Assembly (NCBI GenBank): GCA_029936395.1
Contig: JAPYSW010000003.1
Coordinates: 1-63,674, forward strand
Length of the DNA: 63,674 nucleotides
From: Candidatus Poseidoniia archaeon
GTDB lineage: Archaea; Thermoplasmatota; Poseidoniia; MGIII; CG-Epi1
Direction of reading: 5' to 3'
The position numbers and the translations under genes were made by a program. Of this stretch, positions 36,281-43,901 are shown in pieces (the first letter of the stretch is position 1; each line of letters starts with the position of its first letter). The notes under the pieces are model-generated. The model was not told the DNA's origin and did no database searches. It worked only from the letters and a program-made list of their open reading frames with translations.

Positions 36281-37471
36281 TCAAATCTCTTTTTTCAATA
36301 TTTCTGCTAAATATCTATATTCTTCCAATGAATTGTAAAGATAAGATGCCGTGCGAAGATATCTTCTATTGTGGCGCGGCCATCCAAAAACAGGTACTTG
36401 AATATTATATTTTTCAAAAAGTAGAGTGTGAAGTGGATCTGGTACTAACACTGATTTTGCAATAAATCCATCTCCAGGCAATGCTACTGCAGATAAGCCC
36501 ACTATCATTGAATCTGGGCATAATTTTGGGGTTCCTATAGCTTCATGAATAATCTCTCGTGCCGCTATTGCTAATTTCTGGTTATACTCCATTATTGCTG
36601 GCCAACCTCCTTCGAGTAAATTTCCGAGATAGTCTATACATTTAGGAATGCATAGACATGGAGTTATGTCTTGGGTACCTGTCCAATCAAATTCTAATCT
36701 TATTTTTTCATTAATATTCCCAGCTACTGAAGCTCCATGACTAATTGAAAGTGGTCTAACTTGAGATCTCTTATCTTCTCTAATATGAAGAAATGCAGCT
36801 CCTTTTGGTGCACATAACCATTTGTGCGCATTACCGGCCACATAGGCTGGTTTTAATTTTTTCAAATCTAATGAAACTATCCCTGGGCCGTGTGCAGCAT
36901 CCAATAGGACGTCAATACCTCTGGATTGAAGTTCGGATACTATTTGCTCAAATGGTAATCTAATTCCTGTTGGGCTTGTTACTGTATCAATCAAAGCTAA
37001 TTTAGTTTTTTCAGTAACGTGGCTTAAGATAGTTTGAATTATTTGTTCTGAACTTTCTATGGGGAGTGGAATTGGAACAACTACTGTTTTTGCACCGTTT
37101 CTTTTAGTTACAAAATCTACAGTATTCCAACATGCTTGATATGTGTGGTCTAGAATTATTATTTCATCGCCAGAATTAAATGATAAAGAACGTAAAATGG
37201 TGTTAACGCCTGAAGTGGTATTCGACAAAAAGACTATTCCTTCTTTATCAGCATTAATAAAATCTGCAAAAAATTCTATTGAATCTGCCCACAATTGTTT
37301 AGAAGTTACATCAAAAAAATGAACTGGATCGCTTTCTAATTCTGTTCTTAACTTAAATTGGTAATCTAGAATTTCTTGTGGACATGCGCCAAAAGAACCA
37401 TGATTAAGAAAAACTGTTTCGGGATTTAAATTCCAGTGTTTTGATAGTTGGCTTCTATTAGGAAGTGCCAT
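36281..37471 (-). CDS. Class V PLP-dependent aminotransferase-fold enzyme (isopenicillin-N-epimerase / cysteine desulfurase-like)
   Basis: FLNHGSFGACP and GNAHKWLCAPKGAAFL (PLP-Lys region). Confidence 0.7.
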   Translation of the reverse strand: MALPNRSQLSKHWNLNPETVFLNHGSFGACPQEILDYQFKLRTELESDPVHFFDVTSKQLWADSIEFFADFINADKEGIVFLSNTTSGVNTILRSLSFNSGDEIIILDHTYQACWNTVDFVTKRNGAKTVVVPIPLPIESSEQIIQTILSHVTEKTKLALIDTVTSPTGIRLPFEQIVSELQSRGIDVLLDAAHGPGIVSLDLKKLKPAYVAGNAHKWLCAPKGAAFLHIREDKRSQVRPLSISHGASVAGNINEKIRLEFDWTGTQDITPCLCIPKCIDYLGNLLEGGWPAIMEYNQKLAIAAREIIHEAIGTPKLCPDSMIVGLSAVALPGDGFIAKSVLVPDPLHTLLFEKYNIQVPVFGWPRHNRRYLRTASYLYNSLEEYRYLAEILKKEI

Positions 37472-37472
37472 A

Positions 37473-37712
37473 TCAACGAATTTTTGTAAATCTTCTCATT
37501 ACCTTTCTAATTGGATCTCTATATTCTTCTGAAATAAATCCTTCTTCAATTTTAGAATCTAAGAATTCCATTGCATTATTTACAGATTCTCTAGCACCTT
37601 TCGCCGCTAAAGAAGCCATAAACGGTTCTGCCAATTTTTCAGAAACACCGGCTTCTATAACTATTTCACGCATGAAATACAATAACTCAGTTCGACGGCC
37701 TTCATTCAACAT
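37473..37712 (-). CDS. Hypothetical small helical protein (79 aa)
   Basis: Clean ORF between the SSB-like gene and the aminotransferase; its stop is 1 nt before the aminotransferase ATG. No motif recognised. Confidence 0.4.
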   Translation of the reverse strand: MLNEGRRTELLYFMREIVIEAGVSEKLAEPFMASLAAKGARESVNNAMEFLDSKIEEGFISEEYRDPIRKVMRRFTKIR

Positions 37713-37813
37713 TGGCTTTGGCTTATTTCTTTTTTGAACTTTTTTATCTTTTCGTTGAGGGGGCTGGGCTTTGGTTGGTCCTCGGCGCCGATGTCTCCCT
37801 CTTCTTGCCAGAG

Positions 37814-38374
37814 TTACTCGCCTCCCATTTCCTTAATGGCGGCTTCGATTTGTTCTTCAGACATCTCATCTCGATTGAAAAATTTTCTATTTCCTGTATC
37901 TCTTTTTAATTTCATTAGAATGCCCCAGCGACTTGGCGGTCCTCGAGATCCTCCCCGGGATCCTCCTCGCGGCCCACCTCGGCCACCTCCATCTCTTCCA
38001 AATCTCGGCATTTCATATTCTAAATCAGAAAGATTAATACTTTCCTTTATTGATTCAAGTGAAGTTTCAGATACATTCATACTTCCTTTTTTACCTAAAC
38101 TAAGTCGCATGAACCCTCTTACTAAGTTTGCTCTAGCATCTTTAAGATTAATAGTCATTCCGTTTTCTACAGTTTCACACTCATCATTCCAAAAACTCAT
38201 AATCACTGTGCCTGTTTCATCTCCCACTAAACCTTCACAAATTACAGTACCGTTATCCATTGAACGGGGTTCTTCTAAACTCAAAACTTTAACCGGCATA
38301 TTAACGCGACCAGTTCTTGGCGTTAGCTCATCTATTTTCAAATTATCACCTATCTTTGCGACGAGAGGGTCCAT
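37814..38374 (-). CDS. Single-OB-fold ssDNA-binding protein with RGG-repeat tail
   Basis: The OB region is VKVLSLEEPRSMDNGTVICEGLVGDETGTVIMSFWND. The tail contains GRDGGGRGGPRGGSRGGSRGPP and an acidic C-terminus. Confidence 0.65.
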   Translation of the reverse strand: MDPLVAKIGDNLKIDELTPRTGRVNMPVKVLSLEEPRSMDNGTVICEGLVGDETGTVIMSFWNDECETVENGMTINLKDARANLVRGFMRLSLGKKGSMNVSETSLESIKESINLSDLEYEMPRFGRDGGGRGGPRGGSRGGSRGPPSRWGILMKLKRDTGNRKFFNRDEMSEEQIEAAIKEMGGE

Positions 38375-38446
38375 TATAATGCTTCGCTGCCACCTAAAAA
38401 CCCATTAAAGGAGTTTACCCTTTTAGGGGGAAAAGGATAAAACCCA

Positions 38447-38460
38447 AAAGTATATATACC
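38447..38460. promoter_or_regulatory. Palindromic TATA-like element in the divergent SSB / RPA intergenic region
   Basis: AAAGTATATATACC lies between divergent starts at 38374 (-) and 38524 (+). Nearby inverted repeats are CCTTTT/AAAAGG (38419-38436) and GATTCG/CGAATC (38481-38502). Confidence 0.3.
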
Positions 38461-38523
38461 CATAGTAGTAGTAATGGATAGATTCGAATTTGTCAACGAA
38501 TCGAAACAAGAAGGACAACAAAA

Positions 38524-39849
38524 ATGCAAACAAACGAAGCAGATTTTGAAACACATGTCGACGATATTGTTAAAGCAATCGGCGATAAGCTAGAAAGAAA
38601 CGTAATCATAACTGAGTTAAAGAGATACGTAGATGAATATGGAATTGATTTAGCAACGGCCAAAGAATCAATTGTAAGAAAACATTATGGGAATCCGAAT
38701 GTTTTACAAGTAGATGCGCAAAAATTATTAGCGCAAATTAAACCAGGTGAAAATAATCTTCAGTTTAAAGCTAAACTTGTATCAGTATTTAGAAAAGAAA
38801 TTACTACCAAAGAAGGATCTCAGAAAGTTCTCTTCGAAGGTGAAGTAGGAGATGCAACCATGCGTATGAGATACTCTTACTGGAGTGATAATTTCGATTT
38901 CGAAAGTGGAGATGTTATAGAAGTTCTAAATGCATATTCAAAGAGTTGGAATGATATTATTACTTTAAACATAAATGAAGGCAGTATCAAGAAAATAAAA
39001 GATAAAGACTTAGAAAGTTTGGACTTAGGCGTTGTAAAAAGTAGGATATCACAACCAGGTCAAGAATTTGAATTAATAGATCTAAAACCGGGAATGAGTA
39101 ATGTCTCTGTTAAATTACGCATAATAGATGTTGAAACGCGAAAAATTACTGTAAAGAATGAACCTAAAACTATCTTTGGAGGGACTGTGGGAGACAGTAC
39201 TGGAACCTGCAGGTTTACTTCTTGGGAAGATCATAATATCATTGCTGGAAAAACATATAAAATTGAAAATGCATATGTAAAAGAATTCAATGGACCTGAT
39301 TTGCAATTTGGAGAATATACTAAATTTACCGATATTGAAGATAATTCATTACCATCTTTACAAGAATATGAAAATGGAGTTATGTACTCTTTATCTCAGT
39401 TGGATGAACGCAACGGCGCCTCGGATGCTGTTGTCGAAGGCCATGTTTTCAACATACGTGAAGGGAGTGGATTGATATTCAGAGATAAAGAAACTAACCG
39501 ATTAATTAGAAATGGAGATGATCGTAAAAATGCAACACCTGATCTTCGAATAAAAATGATTTTCGATGATGGTTCGGGATCTTGTACTGCATATTTAAAT
39601 CGAGAGATAACTGAAAAATTATTAGGTAGAGATCTTGATTCCTGTCTTGATTTTGTTAAAGAAAATTTCGGACCTGAAGCTTTAGTTGAAGAAATTGAAG
39701 ATGCATTACTTCTCAAGCCCTTGAAATTAAGAGGATTTGCAAGATCTGATGAATATGGTCTATCTTTCTTTGCAAGAAGTTGTGAACCTGCAACCGAAAT
39801 AGATGTTCCTAGTGTTGCTCGTCAATTCTTAGCTGCTTTGGAGGGCTAA
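38524..39849 (+). CDS. Replication protein A (RPA) large subunit, multi-OB, no zinc finger seen
   Basis: N-terminal helical domain followed by repeated OB signatures EGEVGDATMRMRYSYW and GGTVGDSTGTCRFTSW. The third OB-like region lacks CxxC pairs. Confidence 0.75.
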   Translation: MQTNEADFETHVDDIVKAIGDKLERNVIITELKRYVDEYGIDLATAKESIVRKHYGNPNVLQVDAQKLLAQIKPGENNLQFKAKLVSVFRKEITTKEGSQKVLFEGEVGDATMRMRYSYWSDNFDFESGDVIEVLNAYSKSWNDIITLNINEGSIKKIKDKDLESLDLGVVKSRISQPGQEFELIDLKPGMSNVSVKLRIIDVETRKITVKNEPKTIFGGTVGDSTGTCRFTSWEDHNIIAGKTYKIENAYVKEFNGPDLQFGEYTKFTDIEDNSLPSLQEYENGVMYSLSQLDERNGASDAVVEGHVFNIREGSGLIFRDKETNRLIRNGDDRKNATPDLRIKMIFDDGSGSCTAYLNREITEKLLGRDLDSCLDFVKENFGPEALVEEIEDALLLKPLKLRGFARSDEYGLSFFARSCEPATEIDVPSVARQFLAALEG

Positions 39850-40800
39850 ATGGCTCAAAGAAGAGAACCTGGAGTTTTAGTGCTGGCTCAAGAACTATCT
39901 TCATCAATTGAAAAACATGTAGAAGATCGCGAGTATTCCCCAACTTATCTAATTTCTGAAATCGGAGGAAAACTTTCGCGAGTTTTAATTGCTGGTGTAT
40001 TAGACCAAATTGAAAATCGAGGAAGTGAAGAAGATCCTTTCTATACTGCAAGAGTAATCGATCCTAATAATGACTATTACTATCTTCAAGCTGGACAATA
40101 CAATCCTGAAGGGGCCGTAGCTTTATCAAAACTTGAAGTTGGCGTTCCCGTCCTTTGTGTAGGTAAAGTTCGAGCACGTACTCCTGAAGACAGTGAAAGA
40201 ACATATGTAAGTGTTCAGCCTGAAAGCATTCGTGCAGTAACAATGAATGAAGTAAATCACTGGGCTATACGGGCCTGTGACGGACTTATGCTTCGAATAA
40301 AGGCAACTAAAACATTTGATGATGAAGATGCATTCGGAAAACTAAAACTTAATGACCGTGAAATAGATGGGATGAAACTTTCAAAGGACTTTTACCAAAC
40401 TGTAGCTCTTGAGAATTATCAAGCCCTATTGTATAATTGTTTAACGCGTTTGGCTGGTGGAGAAATCGAATCGCCTGAAGGTGATTTTACTGCTGAATTT
40501 AAACCAGCTGGGGATGGTGTAGAGACTACTCCTGAAGTAGAAACCCCTAAGAAAGATAAACCAAAAACTGAAGTTAAAACAAAAGAAGTAACTGAAACTA
40601 AAAAATCAGAGGACAATGAATCAAAAGTCATAGCTTTGATTCGGAAAATGGATGAAGGTGATGGGATTTACTATGATGATCTAAGCATTGCAATCTCAAT
40701 GGAGGGTGTAGATGGCCCTATGTTAGATGAAGTTCTTGATTCTTTAACCGATCAAGGCTTGATTTATCAACCTAGATTTAACCACTATAAGGAGGCATAA
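39850..40800 (+). CDS. RPA-associated protein (COG3390-like OB fold) with C-terminal winged-helix-like domain
   Basis: SRVLIAGVLDQIENRGSEEDPFYTARVIDPNNDYYYLQAGQYNPEGA...CVGKVRAR. A Lys/Glu/Thr linker precedes the C-terminal ~60-aa globular end. It starts directly after the RPA stop. Confidence 0.6.
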   Translation: MAQRREPGVLVLAQELSSSIEKHVEDREYSPTYLISEIGGKLSRVLIAGVLDQIENRGSEEDPFYTARVIDPNNDYYYLQAGQYNPEGAVALSKLEVGVPVLCVGKVRARTPEDSERTYVSVQPESIRAVTMNEVNHWAIRACDGLMLRIKATKTFDDEDAFGKLKLNDREIDGMKLSKDFYQTVALENYQALLYNCLTRLAGGEIESPEGDFTAEFKPAGDGVETTPEVETPKKDKPKTEVKTKEVTETKKSEDNESKVIALIRKMDEGDGIYYDDLSIAISMEGVDGPMLDEVLDSLTDQGLIYQPRFNHYKEA

Positions 40801-40801
40801 A

Positions 40802-41755
40802 ATGAGTGAAGTAAAAATAAAAATTGTAGAAGATCTTCCTGGTGTCGGTCCTGCTATCGCAGATAAACTTAGAGAAGCAGGATATGACACCTTAGAAGCA
40901 ATAGGAACGCAAGCGCCAGGAACCCTTTCTGACGCGACAGGCATTGGAAAAGAATCCTGTGCTAAATTTATACTAGAAGCCCGAAAAGCGGCAGATATTG
41001 GTTCTTTCCTTACAGGAGTAGAATTGATGGAAAAAAGAGCTACAGTGGGTAAGCTTACAACATCGTCTAGTACCTTTAATGAATTGTTAGGTGGAGGTGT
41101 TGAAACTCAATCAATCACGGAGTTTTATGGACAATATGGTTCTGGAAAAACTCAATTCATTTTGCAATTGGCTGTGAATGCTACTTTGCCTCTAGAACAG
41201 GGAGGATTAGATGGGGAAGTTGCAATTATTGACACTGAAAATACATTCAGACCTGAAAGAATAATTTCTATGTCAAAGGCTCTTGACTTAGATCCTGATG
41301 AAGTTTTAAGCAAAATACATGTTGGACGTGCATATAACTCTCATCAGCAGATGTTGATGGTAGAGAAAGTAAATGAGATAGCTAAAACAAGGCCAATCAA
41401 AGTATTAGCTGTAGATTCTTTGACTGGTGCATTTCGTGCAGAATATATTGGAAGGGGAACTCTTTCAGAGAGGCAAGGTAAAATCAGCGCCCACATGAAA
41501 GAGCTCGCTCGATTTGGAGATTTGTATAATGCTGCAGTCATAGTAACCAATCAAGTTTCGTCTAATCCGGCTGCCTTTTTTGGAGATCCCACCAAACCGA
41601 TTGGTGGAAATATTGTAGGCCACACTTCAAAATTTAGAATATACCTAAGAAGAGGAAAAGCGGGCAAGCGCGTATGCAGACTTGTAGATTCTCCGCATTT
41701 ACCTGAAAATGAAGCTTTGGTATCTATTACTGAGGATGGAATTAGAAATGGCTAA
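40802..41755 (+). CDS. radA: DNA repair and recombination protein RadA
   Basis: HhH region LPGVGPAIADKLREAGY, Walker A GQYGSGKTQ, Walker B KVLAVDSL, and a RecA/Rad51-type C-terminus. Confidence 0.95.
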   Translation: MSEVKIKIVEDLPGVGPAIADKLREAGYDTLEAIGTQAPGTLSDATGIGKESCAKFILEARKAADIGSFLTGVELMEKRATVGKLTTSSSTFNELLGGGVETQSITEFYGQYGSGKTQFILQLAVNATLPLEQGGLDGEVAIIDTENTFRPERIISMSKALDLDPDEVLSKIHVGRAYNSHQQMLMVEKVNEIAKTRPIKVLAVDSLTGAFRAEYIGRGTLSERQGKISAHMKELARFGDLYNAAVIVTNQVSSNPAAFFGDPTKPIGGNIVGHTSKFRIYLRRGKAGKRVCRLVDSPHLPENEALVSITEDGIRNG

Positions 41756-41927
41756 TGAATTTAAAAAGTTTCTAGCCGCTCTAGACCCTGTGTGGGAAGA
41801 CGTGCATGAATTCGACTGGTTGAAATCTGAAGATATCGTAATGAGAGAAGAAAAAATAAATCTACTTGAACTCAATAGATTCCCTGGATTAAAAATATTG
41901 TTGGAAGCTAAGCAATACCGTTTCTAA
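41748..41927 (+). CDS. Possible small protein (59 aa) translationally coupled to radA
   Basis: ATG 41748 overlaps the radA stop (41753-41755). Translation: MANEFKKFLAALDPVWEDVHEFDWLKSEDIVMREEKINLLELNRFPGLKILLEAKQYRF. No motif recognised. Confidence 0.3.
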   Translation: MANEFKKFLAALDPVWEDVHEFDWLKSEDIVMREEKINLLELNRFPGLKILLEAKQYRF

Positions 41928-42346
41928 CTTTCTTTCTTTGGAAAGAACGACATAATGTAACCTTTTAAGCCAAACCAGTTATTGATTGCGAGAGAGAGGA
42001 TACTCTCATTTTCTCTTTCAACCCAGGCTTGCTCTTTGGCACTATCTTCTTTCATAAACTGATCCATTGTAGCATAACCGCCACTACCTCCATCATTAAC
42101 CTTATGCAAAACCTCTTCAGGAACATTATTGGTCATTGCGTTACCTACCTTGAAAGGCCAATGTTTGAAATCTTTAGTTTCGGCATAGCGACCTACGGTT
42201 GAAGCTTCGATATCTTCATCGTCTATCTTTTGATAATGTGTACCCCGAGGCATTTCCTCTTCATCTTTGTACTCATAAAAAGTTTCGTTGGCTGGTTTAT
42301 ATCCACGTATATCCATTTCAGAATTCATCATCTTCCTCCCATTCAA
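41924..42346 (-). CDS. Hypothetical protein (about 130-140 aa)
   Basis: ORF directly downstream of the surface protein gene. The longest form overlaps it by 29 nt; the alternative ATG at 42316 follows its stop by 1 nt. No motif recognised. Confidence 0.4.
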   Translation of the reverse strand: MNGRKMMNSEMDIRGYKPANETFYEYKDEEEMPRGTHYQKIDDEDIEASTVGRYAETKDFKHWPFKVGNAMTNNVPEEVLHKVNDGGSGGYATMDQFMKEDSAKEQAWVERENESILSLAINNWFGLKGYIMSFFPKKES

Positions 42347-43829
42347 AGTCAGTAACTGTCTTATTACGATTAATAAATATAATGGCCAAGATAATGGATG
42401 TTACCGATATTAACAATAACATTGAAGTTGTTCCTCCACCAGTAATATTGTCTATTATGGACTGGAGTATATCTTCTTTTTCAGGCTCATCTACGATTAA
42501 TAAATATTCAGCAACATTATTATCTTCAGCATTCCCTTCTTTATTAGATTCTACAACTACATTATTTCTATCGATTATAACTTTGATTAGGTATTCTCCA
42601 TTTTCTTCAAAAGTATGCCTGTACGATATTGTCGCAGATGCGCCAGGTTTTGCAAAAACTGCAGTTTCATACAAAACAATCTCATTTGTTCCCGAAACCC
42701 AAACAACTGATACTGGAATTGGATTATACGAAATCAATGGATCTCCTTGTGCAGACACTGTAATGTCTACTGTAAAGGAATTTCCTGCTCTAATTTTAGA
42801 AATGCCAGTTTGATTATTAATTTGGATATCTCCAATGCCTATGTAATTATCAATTTCATATCCGTGAATAACTAAGTACAAATCTTCATTGGATTCAACT
42901 TCCCATGTATTGCCCTGAATATCAGTTATTTGAATGAAAAAATGATAAGTGTCGCTTATGGCTAAATCTTGATTATAATACCAATAAAATGAAACTTCAT
43001 GGGTGTCATTGTCTATAGACTTCATATTGAAATCTGCAGTTAAACCTTGATTACCTGATGAAAGTCCATATACTCCTAACGTCCAATCGTTTGAATTAAT
43101 ATCTGAAGAACCAAATGCACTTTGAACTTGTGTTTTAACAAATACGCGCTCTGAAGACTCTTGTACGCTTATTTCTGGAAACGAAGCCTTGTAATGATTT
43201 ATTGTAAGATTGCCGATTCCTGCAGAATGTTCAACACTAGATGTTAAAATTACTATTTGCTCTGTTGATGATCCTCCAGTAAGAGGATTTACGCCAGGAT
43301 CTCCTCCTGAATATTCTAAATCAATAGTAATGTAGTTATTAGAATCAAAACTAGCATTGGATATGTCAAAGTTGATGTCGAAGCGAGTTGCAGCTTCGCT
43401 CGAATCTGTAACCGTCTTAGACTGTGATGTTTCCATGACGCCATCAGCCTCACCAATGTAAATTGTTATTCTAAACTGAACATCTTCAACTGTACCTTGA
43501 GTTGAATTTGCCCATATTGTAAAGGTATAATCTCCTGATGCTACTTCACCTGGTGTTTGCATCTTAGTTAACCAACTACCTACGTCTTCCCACTGCCTAT
43601 TCTGGCCTGGCCAGCTTAATCTATTGCTGTCTTGAGGACAATCGCTTTGTGTATCTATGTCTGATGTGGGCCTGAGTGTAGAAATGTTACCATCGCCATT
43701 ATCTAAATCTCCATAAAAATATAAATCTAAACTATTAAAGTCATCAGATTCTTCAGCTTCAGCTGATTGGGAGAGTATAATTACCGCAAAAAAAACGACG
43801 GCAAGTATGCTCCTCGAGAGTATCTGCAT
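42318..43829 (-). CDS. Cell-surface protein with signal peptide, CARDB-like domain and C-terminal TM anchor
   Basis: Signal peptide MQILSRSILAVVFFAVIILSQSAEA. CARDB-like end ...GEYLIKVIIDRNNVVVESNKEGNAEDNN. C-terminal TM LLLISVTSIILAIIF followed by a basic and then acidic tail. Confidence 0.6.
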   Translation of the reverse strand: MQILSRSILAVVFFAVIILSQSAEAEESDDFNSLDLYFYGDLDNGDGNISTLRPTSDIDTQSDCPQDSNRLSWPGQNRQWEDVGSWLTKMQTPGEVASGDYTFTIWANSTQGTVEDVQFRITIYIGEADGVMETSQSKTVTDSSEAATRFDINFDISNASFDSNNYITIDLEYSGGDPGVNPLTGGSSTEQIVILTSSVEHSAGIGNLTINHYKASFPEISVQESSERVFVKTQVQSAFGSSDINSNDWTLGVYGLSSGNQGLTADFNMKSIDNDTHEVSFYWYYNQDLAISDTYHFFIQITDIQGNTWEVESNEDLYLVIHGYEIDNYIGIGDIQINNQTGISKIRAGNSFTVDITVSAQGDPLISYNPIPVSVVWVSGTNEIVLYETAVFAKPGASATISYRHTFEENGEYLIKVIIDRNNVVVESNKEGNAEDNNVAEYLLIVDEPEKEDILQSIIDNITGGGTTSMLLLISVTSIILAIIFINRNKTVTDFEWEEDDEF

Positions 43830-43901
43830 CTACTTTTGAACTTGTGACCATTCTTTAAAGGTTCCTACTGTAAATTTATACGCAATATTGTATTATACCC
43901 T

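Noticed and set aside
37734-38408. 224-aa plus-strand ORF with a Pro/Arg-rich segment overlapping the SSB-like gene
   Set aside because: It is antisense to the OB-fold/RGG ORF. Its PRDPPRDPPRGPPRPPP run is simply the complement of the RGG repeat. The minus-strand product has a recognisable OB signature and the plus-strand product has none.
42199-42813. 204-aa plus-strand ORF overlapping the surface-protein gene and the 140-aa ORF
   Set aside because: It is antisense to a gene with clear signal peptide, CARDB-like and TM-anchor organisation. Its translation is low-complexity Ser/Ile/Thr-rich, without motifs.
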